Shown here piece by piece: positions 36,573 to 48,502 of a stretch of 64,000 nt of DNA (within the stretch, counting starts at the first letter, position 1; every line of letters starts with the position of its first letter). The position numbers and the translations under genes were made by a program. The DNA lies in NCBI GenBank assembly GCA_963745235.1, contig CAVUXE010000091.1, forward strand, positions 37,477 through 101,476, given 5' to 3'. Under the pieces are notes generated by a model. The model did no database searches. It was given only the letters and a program-made list of their open reading frames with translations, and was not told the origin of the DNA. Origin of the DNA: an uncultured Spirochaetota bacterium (GTDB lineage Bacteria; Spirochaetota; Spirochaetia; SZUA-6; Fen-1364).

Positions 36573-37933
36573 TCTGGAACCCGGATTTCGAAGCCCTTTC
36601 ACGCCCTGCAATGACGCGGCTGCAGGGAGAAAGACTCGGCAGGCTCGTGGACGTTCTCTACCGGCGCGTCCCGTTCTACTGCGCAAAGATGCAGGATCGC
36701 GGCGTCAGGCCGCAGGACGTCCAGGGCGTCTGCGACATCCGCAAGCTTCCCTTCACCACCAAGGATGAAATGCGGGACGTCTACCCCTACGGTCTGCTGG
36801 CGGTAGGCCTCCCGGACATCGTTGAGATTCACACTTCCTCAGGGACCACGGGGAAGCCGGTGGTGGACGCATACACCCGCGCGGACATCGAGGTGTGGGC
36901 AGAGGTCATGGCGCGCACCCTGGCGGCAGGCGGCACGACGCGGCACGACATCGTCCAGAACGCGTACGGGTATGGGTTGTTCACGGGCGGCCTGGGAGTG
37001 CACTACGGGGCGCGCAAGATCGGCGCAACGGTGATACCCATATCGGGCGGGAACACGAAGCGGCAGCTCGCCATCCTTCGGGATTTCAAGTCAACGGTGC
37101 TCACCTGCACCCCTTCCTACTCCCTGTACCTCGCTGAGGCCGCCCGGGAGGAAGGCCTGGACCTGGGCACCGTGGGACTGAAAGCGGGGTTCTTCGGCGC
37201 GGAGCCGTGGAGCCAGAGCATGCGGGAGGAAATCCAGGACACGCTGCACGCCCTTGCCATCGACATTTACGGTCTCACGGAGATCATCGGTCCCGGGGTG
37301 GCCGCGGAGTGCGAGCACCAGGACGGTCTGCACATCTGCGAAGACCACTTCTACCCGGAGATCATCGACCCCGCGACCGGGGACGTCCTTCCCGACGGAG
37401 AAAAGGGAGAGCTCGTGATCACCACCTTGACGAAAGAAGGGACGCCCCTCCTGCGGTACCGCACGAGGGACATCACGTACCTGGACCGCTCGCCCTGCGT
37501 GTGCGGAAGGACAACCGCGCGGATGCACAGGGTCCTGGGCCGAACGGACGACATGCTGATCATCCGCGGAGTGAATGTCTTCCCTTCCCAGATCGAGGAG
37601 ATCATCCTGAAGGTGGACGGCGTGGAGCCCCACTACCAGCTGGTGGTGGAGCGCCGGGACCAGCTCGACGAGCTGGAAGTGCAGGTCGAGATGACGGAGA
37701 AGATGTTCTCCGACGAGATCCGGGGGCTGGAGAAGATGGAGCACACCATGGAGGCGAACCTCTACGCCAGCCTGAACATCCACACGCGCGTGAAGCTCGT
37801 TGAGCCCAAGAGCATTGCGCGCAGCGAGGGCAAGGCGAAGCGGATCATCGACAAACGGCTGCTGTCGCCGGGCCTGCCGACAGCTCGGCCTCCCTTGCGG
37901 GCGCCGTGCGTACCAGTTAGTATATGCACATGA
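36569..37933 (+). CDS. paaK: phenylacetate--CoA ligase
   Basis: MIWNPDFE start with GGGGAG RBS; [44 protein letters not shown] and [20 protein letters not shown]. Confidence 0.92.
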   Translation: MIWNPDFEALSRPAMTRLQGERLGRLVDVLYRRVPFYCAKMQDRGVRPQDVQGVCDIRKLPFTTKDEMRDVYPYGLLAVGLPDIVEIHTSSGTTGKPVVDAYTRADIEVWAEVMARTLAAGGTTRHDIVQNAYGYGLFTGGLGVHYGARKIGATVIPISGGNTKRQLAILRDFKSTVLTCTPSYSLYLAEAAREEGLDLGTVGLKAGFFGAEPWSQSMREEIQDTLHALAIDIYGLTEIIGPGVAAECEHQDGLHICEDHFYPEIIDPATGDVLPDGEKGELVITTLTKEGTPLLRYRTRDITYLDRSPCVCGRTTARMHRVLGRTDDMLIIRGVNVFPSQIEEIILKVDGVEPHYQLVVERRDQLDELEVQVEMTEKMFSDEIRGLEKMEHTMEANLYASLNIHTRVKLVEPKSIARSEGKAKRIIDKRLLSPGLPTARPPLRAPCVPVSICT

Positions 37934-38361
37934 GCGTGAGGCAGATCTCCATCTTTCTCCAGAACACGAAGGGAAGGCTGGCAGAGGTGACGGGGCTCCT
38001 GGCGGCCAGGGGAATCAACATCCGCGCTCTCTCCCTTGCCGACACGGCTGATTTCGGCGTATTGCGCATCATCGTCGGTGACCCGGATGCGTGCCTGGCG
38101 GCGTTGAAAACGAGCGGTATCATCGCCCAGGTCACCGAGGTCCTGGCGGTGGAGATCGAAGACAAGCCGGGCGGGCTCTCGCGCGTGCTTGCGGCGCTGG
38201 ACGCAGCGGGCCTGAACGTCGAATACATGTACGCATACGTGGAAAAGACAAGAGACAACGCCATCGTCATATGCAAGGTGGATGACCGCCAGCATGCAAT
38301 GCGGGTGCTGGAAGAAAACGGGATTGGCACGCTGAGCGCGGACGCCCTGAAAGCGCTGTAG
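37930..38361 (+). CDS. ACT domain protein
   Basis: [40 protein letters not shown]; usual paaK neighbour; ATGA overlap. Confidence 0.9.
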   Translation: MSVRQISIFLQNTKGRLAEVTGLLAARGINIRALSLADTADFGVLRIIVGDPDACLAALKTSGIIAQVTEVLAVEIEDKPGGLSRVLAALDAAGLNVEYMYAYVEKTRDNAIVICKVDDRQHAMRVLEENGIGTLSADALKAL

Positions 38362-38454
38362 CGCCGGCACCGCCGCCCGCGGGCCGGGGAGCTCACGCGC
38401 GCGGTGTCGCGCGCATGGTTGACACGAGGCGGTTCTAGCGCTCAACTCGAATGC

Positions 38455-39315
38455 GTGCCGGAGCTCCCCGATCTTCAGTACATCGTTGGAATGCTCGCGC
38501 CGCGAATCGCCGGACGCAGGATCCGGGACGTCAGGGTCAAGGAGCCTATCGTGATCCGCATGCTCCTGCCTGACGCGGGCGGGTTCGTGGCTGCCATGAC
38601 GGGCCGCAGGTTCGCGGCCCTGGAGCGCAGGGGCCCGTTTCTTCGCTTCGACCTGGAGGACCGGGAGCTCGTCATGCACTGCATGCTCGCCGGGCGCCTC
38701 CAGATAGCGGGCGCCAGGGACAAGGCCCTTCCCAGCACCTGCTTTTCCTTGATGCTGGACGACGGCGCGCGCCTTTCCTACGGTGACGAGAAGAAGATGG
38801 GCAAGGTCTACCTCACCGCCCCGGGCGCCTATGATGGCATCCCCGGGTTCCGCGAGCAGGGCATCGACATACTGACACCGGAGTTCACGTTTGACATTTT
38901 CGACCGGCTCATCCAGGGCCGGCGCCACCAGGCGCGCGTATTCCTGATGGACCAGGCAGCCCTGAGCGCAATCGGCAACGCGTACGCTGATGAGATCCTC
39001 TTCGAGGCGGGGATCCACCCCAAGACCTCGTGCGCAAGCCTCTCCGCGGAAGACCGCCGCAGGCTCTACAGCTGCATCCGCACGGTGATGGCCTGGGGGA
39101 TCGATGAAGTGCGGAAGGCAAACCAGCCCATCGAGGTGAAGGTGCGTGATCACGTGCGCGTTCGAAACAGGAACGGCGAGCCGTGCCCCGTCTGCGGCAC
39201 GAGAATACGAAGAGTGGGCGTGCTGGGGTACGATTCTTTCTACTGCCCGCGCTGCCAGCCCGCCACCCGGAAGCAATTCATCCCGTGGCATGAAGAAAGG
39301 ACTCCCGATGCCTGA
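38455..39315 (+). CDS. Fpg/Nei family DNA glycosylase
   Basis: N-terminal (M)PELPD, H2TH LMDQAALSAIGNAYADEILF and zinc finger CPVCG..YCPRCQ. Confidence 0.9.
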   Translation: MPELPDLQYIVGMLAPRIAGRRIRDVRVKEPIVIRMLLPDAGGFVAAMTGRRFAALERRGPFLRFDLEDRELVMHCMLAGRLQIAGARDKALPSTCFSLMLDDGARLSYGDEKKMGKVYLTAPGAYDGIPGFREQGIDILTPEFTFDIFDRLIQGRRHQARVFLMDQAALSAIGNAYADEILFEAGIHPKTSCASLSAEDRRRLYSCIRTVMAWGIDEVRKANQPIEVKVRDHVRVRNRNGEPCPVCGTRIRRVGVLGYDSFYCPRCQPATRKQFIPWHEERTPDA

Positions 39316-40208
39316 TGTTCACCTGACCACGGTCCCAGTCGAGGCTCATCTGCCTTGTCGCTTACGTGGTTGCCGCTGCGGTTGCCTTCGCCGTCGGAAG
39401 GGTCCTCAGCGGGAGCACGCTCCTGGGGGCTGCCGGTGCGGCGGACTTTGCCGCCACGGTGGTCGTGTTCGTATTCAGCCTGATCCTGGACAACTCCAGC
39501 GTCTATGATCCCTACTGGAGCGTGGCTCCCGTCCCCATCCTCGTGTACTGGCTGGTTGCGGGAGGAGGAGGACTTTCGGCCCGGCAGGTCATCGTCATCG
39601 CGCTGGTCGCCATCTGGGCCATACGGCTCACCATGAACTGGTTGCGCAGGTGGCGCGGCCTGGCGGATGAAGACTGGAGATATGCAGACTACAGGAGGCT
39701 CGGCGCCGGGTACTGGCCGGTCAGCTTCCTGGGATTCCACCTTTTCCCGACCGTTATCGTGTTTCTCGGGTGCGTCGCGCTGCTGCCCGTCTTTGTGCCG
39801 GGAAACAGGCCTTTTGGCGTCCTTGACCTTCTTGCCATCGTGGTGACCCTGACGGCTGTCGCCATCGAAGCGACCGCGGACCGACAGCTGCGCAGGTTCA
39901 TCCTGTCCCATCCGGCCGCCTCCCCGATCCTCGACACCGGGCTGTGGGCCCTCTCCCGCCATCCCAACTACTTCGGCGAAGTGCTTTTCTGGTGGGGCCT
40001 GTGGCTGTTCGGACTTGCCGCCAATCCAATGTGGTGGTGGACCATCGCGGGGCCGGTCGTGGTCACCGGCCTTTTCCTGGGGGTCAGCATCCCGATGATG
40101 GACCGCAGGCTTCTTGCGCGCCATCCCGGCTACGCGGAACACATCGGGGCGCGCTCGGCATTCCTTCCGTTGCCTCCGTTTCATCAGCGAGACATCGCCG
40201 GGTCATGA
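39308..40208 (+). CDS. DUF1295 / steroid 5-alpha-reductase-like membrane protein (5' end probably frameshifted)
   Basis: DNSSVYDPYWS, EDWRY, ADRQL and GLWALSRHPNYFGE. Confidence 0.82.
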
Positions 40209-41575
40209 AGCTCCTCGGGCTCGACCTCGGGACAACCACCATCTGCGGAGCGGTCCTGGATGCAACGGACGGGCGCATCGTCTTTCTCCAGACCGAAAGG
40301 AACCCCGCCGCCGTTCCCGGCGGTGAGCCGTGGGAAAACATCCAGGACCCGGATGTGGCGGTGCGGACCGCGCTGCGGATACTGGAAAAAGCACTCGAAG
40401 CTCATGGCGATGCAGACGGGATCGGGGTCGCCTGCCAGATGCACGGGATCCTGTACGTGGATGACGCGGGGGATGCGGTGAGCCCGTTGTACACATGGGA
40501 GGATGGCCGCGGGGATCTGCCGTTCCAGGGAGGGACATACGCATCGTTTGTCTCCGCCTCCCTGGGCCAGCCCGTGAGCACGGGCATGGGAGTGGTGACG
40601 CACTTTGTCAACGCCAGCATGGGGCGTGTGCCCGCCACGGCGCAATTCCTCTGCACCATCGGGGACTACCTTGTCATGAAGCTCACCGGCAGGCGAGCTC
40701 CCGTGATGGACACCACGTGTGCCGCCAGCATCGGCGGCTTTGACCTGGAAAAGCTGGCGTTCTCCGGCAAAAGACTGGAAGCAATCGGCTGTGACCCATC
40801 CTTCTTCCCCGAGGTGACCCCTTCCTATCCTGCACTCGGTGAAACGCCGCCGGGCGTCCCGGTCTTCCCCGCCATGGGGGACAACCAGGCGAGCTTTCTC
40901 GGATCCGTCTCCGACACGAGGCGCATGGCCCTTGTCAACGTGGGCACGGGGAGCCAGATCTCCCTGTTCGTCCCGGACTTTCGGGAGATCCACGGCCTGG
41001 ACCTGCGCCCTCTTCCTTTCGGAGGGTATATCGGGGTTGGCGCGGGGCTGTGCGGAGGCCGCGCATACGGGGCCCTCCGTGAGTTCTTTCAAAGGACAGT
41101 GAAGCTCGTGACAGGACGGGACCAGGAAGTTCCCTGGGAGATCATGAATGGAATGACCCCGCCGACTCCCGGGGACCCGCTCACGGTGGACACGCGTTTC
41201 GCCGGGACGCGCCTGTCTCCCGGCACACGGGGAAGCATCAGCAACATCGGGCTTTCGAACTTCACGCCGGAGCACTTTGCCGCAGGGGTCCGGGATGGGA
41301 TCGTGTCCGAGCTCCTCGGGTTCTACGGGCTTTTCGATCCCGCGGAGAGAGAGCAGGTGGTCAGGCTCGTTGGATCAGGCAATGCCATCCGCCTGAACGA
41401 ACAGCTTCGCCGGGCGTTCGAGGCGGGCTTCGCCATGCCTTTGCGCGTGCCCCGTCACCGGGAGGAGACTTCCTTCGGAGCGGCGCTGGTAGCCGGGGTG
41501 GCCGCGGGAGTCATCCCGGACATGGCGGCAGCCGGGGCCCTGGTGCGCTACGAGACTCAGTCAGCCGCCATGTAG
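40205..41575 (+). CDS. FGGY carbohydrate kinase, sedoheptulokinase-like
   Basis: LGLDLGTTT, QMHGILY, LYTWEDGRG, GDNQASFLG, NVGTGSQIS and VGSGNAIRLN. Confidence 0.85.
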   Translation: MKLLGLDLGTTTICGAVLDATDGRIVFLQTERNPAAVPGGEPWENIQDPDVAVRTALRILEKALEAHGDADGIGVACQMHGILYVDDAGDAVSPLYTWEDGRGDLPFQGGTYASFVSASLGQPVSTGMGVVTHFVNASMGRVPATAQFLCTIGDYLVMKLTGRRAPVMDTTCAASIGGFDLEKLAFSGKRLEAIGCDPSFFPEVTPSYPALGETPPGVPVFPAMGDNQASFLGSVSDTRRMALVNVGTGSQISLFVPDFREIHGLDLRPLPFGGYIGVGAGLCGGRAYGALREFFQRTVKLVTGRDQEVPWEIMNGMTPPTPGDPLTVDTRFAGTRLSPGTRGSISNIGLSNFTPEHFAAGVRDGIVSELLGFYGLFDPAEREQVVRLVGSGNAIRLNEQLRRAFEAGFAMPLRVPRHREETSFGAALVAGVAAGVIPDMAAAGALVRYETQSAAM

Positions 41576-42093
41576 GCCTGCGTCCCGGAGACTGCCACGA
41601 CCTCGCCGAAATACACGCGGTGATAATCCGGCGGCGCGGGATAATTCGACTGGATTGACTGGTCCAGGAACTGGGCGGGAAACATGTCGGAGAAGTACAT
41701 CTTTCGACATTCAATGAGCAGCTCCGCCTCCTGGAAGCCTGGCGCTTTGACGCACTGTGATGCAATGGGAGTGAAGCCCGCGGCCGCCAGCTTGTCACCT
41801 GCCCGCCCGGAATGGCTGCCGCAGTACGACAGGCCCTTGCGCAGCTTCTCAGGAAACACGGAAAGCGTGAAGCTCTCCGCCTTCTCCATGAACTGGAACG
41901 TGTAGCGGCTGCGCCTCACGAAGACCTGCGCAAACGGTTTTCCCCAGATCACGCCAAGGCTGCCCCAGGAGATCGTCATGGCATTGAAGTCCCCGCCGGC
42001 GAAATCTCCTGCCGCGAGCAGGAGCCATCGCGCATCAAAGGTGTGAAAGATCGGGAGGCCGAGCCTGGTGAGGGGAATCTGGATGAGGGCCAT
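41557..42093 (-). CDS. flavin reductase family protein
   Basis: FNAMTISWG, VRRSRYT, CGSHSGRAGDK and HRVYFGEV. Confidence 0.88.
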   Translation of the reverse strand: MALIQIPLTRLGLPIFHTFDARWLLLAAGDFAGGDFNAMTISWGSLGVIWGKPFAQVFVRRSRYTFQFMEKAESFTLSVFPEKLRKGLSYCGSHSGRAGDKLAAAGFTPIASQCVKAPGFQEAELLIECRKMYFSDMFPAQFLDQSIQSNYPAPPDYHRVYFGEVVAVSGTQAYMAAD

Positions 42094-42162
42094 GAGGTGT
42101 TCTACCAGATTGCCGTGGGCTTGCTCAAGGCAGAAGCATCACCTATGATCGTGGGCAAGCTC

Positions 42163-44151
42163 ATGCGCTTTGCACGGCTTGATCACTTCTTCACGGGCGT
42201 CTCGGTTCCCGTAGCCGCGCTGCGAACGGAGGCGGACTGCGGCGTCGGGGAGTTTGCAGATCTTCCAAAGCTGGGAGACTGGTGCGCGAGCACAGGCCTG
42301 GAGATCATCCAGGTCCTCCCGGTGAACGATACCGGGGCCAACAGCTCCCCGTACAGCGCGCTGTCCGCATATGCGCTGCACCCCTTGTATCTTCGGCTGA
42401 CGGACCTGCCGGGAGCGGATCGCTACGCTTCGCGGATACTGGCCTTCGGTGATTCGGCCCGCAGGCGGGAAGCGCAGTCCGCCGGCCACTTCTCCCATGC
42501 AGAGGTTCTCTCCTTCAAGCTGGAGATCGCGGAACGGGTGTTCGCGGACAACGCCGCCGCTTTCCGCGCTGATGCGGATTTCATCTCATGGCTTGCCACC
42601 AACCCCTGGGTTCGGGCATACGGAGCTTTTGTGGCCTTGAAGCGCGAGCGCGGCGGCGCCGCGTGGGCTTCGTGGGGAGAAATGGCAAACCCCGCGGAGA
42701 AGGACATTTCCTCCTACTGGAAGGACCACGAGACGGAATGCCTTGGCGCCGCCTGGATCCAGTACCACCTCGAGCGGCAGCTGTCTCTCGCCTCGCGTTC
42801 CCTGCAGAAGATGGGGGTTTTTCTCAAGGGAGACGTCCCCATCCTGATGAGCAGGGAAAGCGCGGACGTGTGGGCCTCCCGCAGGTACTTCGACCTGGAT
42901 GCCCTTGCCGGCGCGCCGCCTGACATGTTCTCTCCCAAAGGCCAGAACTGGGGGTTCCCGGTCTACGACTGGGAATCACTGGGAGCTGACGGCCATGCGT
43001 GGTGGAAGGACAGGCTCCTGCAGGCCGGGAAGTTTTTTCACGCGCTTCGCGTCGACCACGTGCTGGGGTTCTTCCGCATCTGGCGCATTCCACGAAACGA
43101 GGTGACGGGCCTCCTGGGGCACTTCTCTCCATCCGCCGGAATGGACGCGGAGGATCTTCGGAAGCTTGGATTCGACACGGGCAGGATCAGGTGGCTCACC
43201 CTCCCGCACATCACGGGCAAAGAGCTGGAAACGGCGCTGGGGAGCGATGCCCCGAGGATTGCGCGGGCATACCTTTCCCGGATCGGCAGCGAGGACATGT
43301 ACAACCTCTCCGAGGCATTCGATTCCGAAGCAGCTCTCCTGGCGCTGGGGGACCCTCCGGCCGTCAAGGACTTCCTCATTTCCCGCCACGCCGACAGGAC
43401 TCTCCTGGTGGACGGGAGAGGAACATTCTTTCCCTCGTGGTACATCGACATGACGAAGGGTTTTCTCAGCCTGAGCGACGGGGAGAAGTCGATGCTGAAA
43501 GAGCTTCTTTCCCGGCGCCGCGGGGAGTCGGAGCAGATATGGGAGAGCAGGGGCAGGTCGCTCCTCTCGATGCTGAGAGACACCACCGACATGCTCGTCT
43601 GCGCGGAAGACCTGGGCGATGTGCCCGCGGTCGTGCCAAAGGTGCTTGCGGACCTGGAGATCCTGGGGCTTCGGATCCTCCGCTGGTCACGGGAGTACGG
43701 GAAGACCGCCCCCGGCACGCCGGCCCCATTCGTTGCCCCGGCCTCCTACCCGCGGCTCTCGGTCTGTACGCCGTCGGTCCACGACACATCGACCCTGCGC
43801 GGCTGGTGGGAGGAGGACCAGGAGGAAAGGGAAACATATTATCGCTTCCTCGGAGAGCCGGGAGCCTGTCCGCCGAAAATGACGCGCGGCCTCCAGGAAC
43901 GCATCGTCTCTCAGTGCCTCGCCGCCGGCTCCCTGGTCTGCATGTTCCAGATCCAGGACATCATGGACCTGGACGCGGAGCTCTGGTCTCCCGACCCCCG
44001 CATGGACAGGATCAACGTCCCCGGCACCGTGAACGATCAGAACTGGACGTGGCGCATGCCCCTCGGCATGGAAGCGCTCGCAAAGAGAGATGGTCTTGCG
44101 GCGACCGTGCGGGCCCTTGTCGCGCCGCGCCGGGAAAGAGAAAACACATGA
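42163..44151 (+). CDS. malQ: 4-alpha-glucanotransferase (GH77)
   Basis: GVGEFADL, QVLPVNDTG..SPYSALS, LKGDVPI, GAPPDMFS..GQNWGFP, RVDHVLGFFRIW, CAEDLG, HDTSTLRGWW and INVPGT; start could be 42145. Confidence 0.92.
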   Translation: MRFARLDHFFTGVSVPVAALRTEADCGVGEFADLPKLGDWCASTGLEIIQVLPVNDTGANSSPYSALSAYALHPLYLRLTDLPGADRYASRILAFGDSARRREAQSAGHFSHAEVLSFKLEIAERVFADNAAAFRADADFISWLATNPWVRAYGAFVALKRERGGAAWASWGEMANPAEKDISSYWKDHETECLGAAWIQYHLERQLSLASRSLQKMGVFLKGDVPILMSRESADVWASRRYFDLDALAGAPPDMFSPKGQNWGFPVYDWESLGADGHAWWKDRLLQAGKFFHALRVDHVLGFFRIWRIPRNEVTGLLGHFSPSAGMDAEDLRKLGFDTGRIRWLTLPHITGKELETALGSDAPRIARAYLSRIGSEDMYNLSEAFDSEAALLALGDPPAVKDFLISRHADRTLLVDGRGTFFPSWYIDMTKGFLSLSDGEKSMLKELLSRRRGESEQIWESRGRSLLSMLRDTTDMLVCAEDLGDVPAVVPKVLADLEILGLRILRWSREYGKTAPGTPAPFVAPASYPRLSVCTPSVHDTSTLRGWWEEDQEERETYYRFLGEPGACPPKMTRGLQERIVSQCLAAGSLVCMFQIQDIMDLDAELWSPDPRMDRINVPGTVNDQNWTWRMPLGMEALAKRDGLAATVRALVAPRRERENT

Positions 44152-47100
44152 TTGAAAGCTGCCCGACCTTCAACTTCCATGTCTCTCGCCAGGCGCGCCA
44201 GCGCTACGACTTTCCGCGGGAGCTTTACTCTTCCACGGGGAACGTGATCACGCTGGACCTGCACGCTGCCCGCCTCCTGACCCGCCGGATCAACGAGGTG
44301 AGGGCAAAGGCAGGCATGGACCCCTCGCAGGCCCTTCGCGCCGGCGACATGAACGCCATGGGGCTGATAGATGAGGTTCTCCACTATGTAACCGGCCTGT
44401 ACAGGAAAAGCGTGGACAAGAGCGCATTCGAGAAGGCGCTTTCTTTCCTGGAGTCGCGGCATGGCCGCGGCGCGGTGGAAGGGGCCCTGGCCAGGTTCGT
44501 CGCCGTGTACCCGCCGCGGGCGGTGCTTGACGGGACCTCGACGCCGGAACAGTACCTGCGCGCCCGGGACGGCGGCACATCCAACCGGGCCGTGACGCTG
44601 GAAGAGATGCTTCACCTGTCACTCGCAAACGGCGACCCGGCCTTCGACCCTTTCCAGGAGCTCTTCGATGATGCCCCCCTGGCGGAATCCACTCCCTATC
44701 CGACGATCATTGCCCGGACTGCGAGAGTTCTTCCGCACGCTCCCGGGCTTCGGGCCGGACAACGAGGACCTGGTCGGCATGCTGGGAGCGCCCGTCAGGG
44801 CAGCACCCAACTCGCTGCGCGGGCAGCTGGAGTATATCCGCACGCGCTGGGCGCACCTCCTGGGAGACCTTCTCCTGCGGCTGCTCACCGGCATGGACGT
44901 GCTGCGGGAGGAGGCCCGGCTCGGCATCGGTCCCTTCACGCCGGGCCCCCCCGAGGTCTACGACTACGCGGGAGCAACCGCGGAGGGGGAAGCATTCAGC
45001 CCGGACAAGGACTGGATGCCCCGCGCCGTCATGATTGCGAAGAACACCCTCGTGTGGCTGGACCAGCTCTCGCGGGCGTACAACCGGGAGATCCGGCACC
45101 TTGACCAGGTCCCGGACGAGGAGCTGGACGCGCTTTCGCGGCGGGGCTTCACGGCGTTGTGGCTCATCGGTGTGTGGGAGCGAAGCCCGGCGTCCCGGGA
45201 AATCAAGCGGCGGATGGGAAACCAGGATGCCGAGGCCTCCGCCTATTCCCTGTCCGACTACTCGATTGCCGCGGAGCTCGGCGGCGAGCCGGCGCTCTCC
45301 AACCTGAAAGAGCGCGCGTGGCGGCGCGGCATCAGGATGGCAAGCGACATGGTCCCCAACCACACGGGCGTCGACTCGCGCTGGATGGTGGAGCATCCCG
45401 AGCGCTTCCTGTCCTGGCCGCACCCCTGGCCGCCGTTTCCCTCCTACACCTTCACGGGAGACAACCTTTCCGGGACACCGGGGATCGGGATCTACCTGGA
45501 GGATCACTACTGGTCGAAGTCCGACGCGGCGGTGGTGTTCAAGCGCGTCGATTTTGCAAGCGGAGACGCCAGGCTCATCTACCACGGCAACGACGGCACG
45601 CACATGCCGTGGAACGACACCGCGCAGCTCGACTTCCTGAAGCCCGAGACCCGTGAAGCGGTGATCTCAACCATCATCCATGTCGCGCGGATGTTCCCCA
45701 TCATACGGTTCGACGCGGCAATGACGCTGACCAAGAAGCATTTCCAGCGGCTGTGGTTCCCCGAGCCCGGGTCCGGCGGGGACATCCCGTCCCGCGCGGG
45801 CAACGGGCTTCCCCGCCGGGACTTCGACCACGCAATGCCCGGCGGAGTTCTGGCGCGAGGTGGTGGACAGGGTTGCCCGCGAGGCGCCGGACACGCTCCT
45901 CCTGGCGGAAGCCTTCTGGCTCCTGGAGGGCTTTTTCGTGAGGACCCTCGGCATGCACAGGGTCTACAACAGCGCGTTCATGCACATGCTGAAGGCGGAG
46001 GACAACGCCGGGTACCGCCAGACCATCCGCAATACCCTGGAGTTCGACCCGGAGATCCTGAAGCGCTTCGTCAATTTCATGAGTAATCCGGACGAGCAGA
46101 CGGCCATCGAGCAATTCGGGGATGGGGACAAGTATTTCGGCGTCTGCACGCTGATGGCCACCATGCCGGGGCTGCCGATGTACGCGCATGGGCAGGTGGA
46201 GGGATTCCGGGAAAAGTACGGGATGGAGTTTCGACGCTCCTACTGGAATGAAGAAGTGAACCGGGACCTCGTCTCCCGGCACGAACGGGAGATCTTCCCC
46301 CTGCTGCGGAGGCGGTACCTGTTCTCGGGCGTGGATAGCTTCCTCCTCTATGACTTCTTCACCCCCGAGGGCGCAGTCAACGAGGACGTGTTCGCATATT
46401 CGAACCGTTACGGGGATGAGCGGGCGCTTGTCATCTACAACAACAGGTACGCGGAGGCGCGCGGCTGGGTGCGCACCTCTGCGGCATTCGCCGTCAAGCA
46501 GGACGGGAAACGCGCGCTCACGCGGAAATGCCTTGGGGAAGGGCTTGCGCTGCCCAACGAGGGGGCTGCCTTCGTGACATTCCGCGATTATCGCGGGGGC
46601 CTGGAGTACATCCGGTCCTGTCGGGAGATCTGGGAGAAAGGGCTGTACGCGGAGCTCAACGCTTTCCGCTGCCAGGTCTTCATGGACTTCCGCGTGGTCT
46701 TCGACGACCAGGGGCGCCGCTGGTCGCGCCTGGCCGCAGAGGTGGGCGGCAGGGGAGTGCGCGGCGTTGACGCGTACCTTCGGGAGATGGAGCTGCGGCC
46801 CATCCGTGACCCGTTCGGAGCCGTGCTCGAGTCCCCGTTTCCCGCGGACGCTGAAAAGCGGTACGAAAGGTTCCTGGGCGCCCTGGGTCGCTTCGCCCCC
46901 GGCGCGGTAGACAACGCAAAGGTCATGGAGGGGCTTCACAAACGCCTTACGGCGCTGCCGGCGGCCTCTGAGAATCGCTCACACGCATTTCTCTGGCTCT
47001 GGGTCACCCTGCGGCCGCTCTGCCCGGATGAGCCTTCAGAGTGCCGTGCCCTCTCCTGGATCGATGAGTGGATGCTCGCGGATATCATGCGCGGGGCTCT

Positions 47101-47455
47101 CGTCCGCTCCGGCTGGTTGGACCGCGCGGCGGTACCCGGACCGGGCCTGCTCAGCTTCCTGGTTCGCACCGGTGAACCGGTGGCGGACATTCACTCCTGG
47201 CCCGAGCTTCTGGCGGATCCAGCCGCCCAGCGGTTTCTCGAGGTCAACGAGTTCGAAGGCGTGCGGTGGTTCTCGAAGGAGAGCCTGGAGCTGTTTGCGG
47301 CGTGCCTCGCGGAAATCGCGCCGTGCGAGGGTTGGAAGGTCCCTGGGCTGCAGACGGCGCTCAACGCGGCGGAGACCGCCAGCTACCGCTGGAATGATTT
47401 CCTGGACCTGCTACGCCCGAAGGACGTTGATCCGGGGGCGGAGCACCCGAAATGA
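44148..47455 (+). CDS. large alpha-amylase family (GH13) protein, frameshifts near 44700 and 45840
   Basis: LWLIGVWERS, ASDMVPNH, WNDTAQLD, IRFDAAMTL, LLAEAFW, FMSNPDE and TMPGLPM across three ORFs; ATGA overlap with malQ. Confidence 0.88.
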
Positions 47456-48463
47456 AAGCGGGAAATCAGACCCGTCCAGCCAGGTGACCTCTCCATCGAG
47501 TTGAAGCGGAAGCCTGGCCTGATACTCGATGTCGACCCTGTCCGCGCTTGCGAAACGGACTTCCGGAAGCTCCCCGTGCAGTCCCCGAAAGAGCAGTCTC
47601 TTGCTTCGAAGCTTCTTCATCACGCTCATGCTGGAGATCAGGCAGACGTTCTGCGCCCCCGGGAGCACCGGCATGTGACCTCCGTAGGTCCTGCCGCCGC
47701 TGATCCCCACCACGACCATTGAGGGAAGGAATCCGTCGATCTCCGTCTCTCTCCCTTCATGGCAGAGGCGTATGTCCATGGGGCCCGGGCGCACCCTCCG
47801 CTCGTAGAACAGCGAGCCGACGTCAACCATGAGCTTGTACGCGTCTCCGGGGATTGCCCGCTTGAACCTGTTGGTGAGGCCGGCGATGTAGGCATCCAGC
47901 CCGACGCTCCCGATGTTGAAGGAATACAGGGACGCCCCGCTCCCGGTGGTGACGCGCAAGGCGCCGGTCCTGACCGTGCGCTGGGGACCGAGGATGAGAT
48001 CGTAGGCCTGGGAGAAAGTTGCGGCGTCCGCAACGTCGTTGCCCGTGCCCAGGGGCAGGCGCAGGAGCTTCAGCCGATCCAGGAAAGACGGGTCGCCGTC
48101 CACCAGCGCAGTGCAGATCTCGTTGCTCGTCCCGTCACCGCCGCAGGCAATGAGCAGGTGCTCGATCCCCGAATGCGCCCGCTCTTCCCTGGCCAGGATC
48201 TGCTCCGCGATCAGGCGGGCATGACCCGGGTACTCGGTGAAGTGCACGGTGTTGATCTCCACCTTGCGGCGCGGGTAGCGCAGCCGCAGGTCGGACAAGC
48301 GCGTCTCCAGCTCCAGGATGTGACGCCGCACGGTGGGCTGGCGCTTGAAAAAGCCCGCGTAGGGGTTCGCAATGACATCGACGATCAGCGGAGCGGTTTC
48401 GGGAGAGAGAGAGAAGTTCGTGAGCTCGGAGACGCCGTTTGCATACGCGGAGATCAGATCCAT
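47411..48463 (-). CDS. diacylglycerol kinase family protein
   Basis: IANPYAG, CGGDGTSNE, LPLGTGND and QLDGE. Confidence 0.85.
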   Translation of the reverse strand: MDLISAYANGVSELTNFSLSPETAPLIVDVIANPYAGFFKRQPTVRRHILELETRLSDLRLRYPRRKVEINTVHFTEYPGHARLIAEQILAREERAHSGIEHLLIACGGDGTSNEICTALVDGDPSFLDRLKLLRLPLGTGNDVADAATFSQAYDLILGPQRTVRTGALRVTTGSGASLYSFNIGSVGLDAYIAGLTNRFKRAIPGDAYKLMVDVGSLFYERRVRPGPMDIRLCHEGRETEIDGFLPSMVVVGISGGRTYGGHMPVLPGAQNVCLISSMSVMKKLRSKRLLFRGLHGELPEVRFASADRVDIEYQARLPLQLDGEVTWLDGSDFPLSFRVLRPRINVLRA

Positions 48464-48502
48464 CCCTTGATTCTCTCCCCGGCTGAGTATATCAGCCCGC
48501 CG

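Noticed and set aside
35681-37933. 750 aa ORF suggesting a membrane protein-PaaK fusion
   Set aside because: paaK has its own RBS and ATG at 36569, and a one-base shift gives the upstream gene a natural end overlapping that ATG. Most likely an indel artefact.
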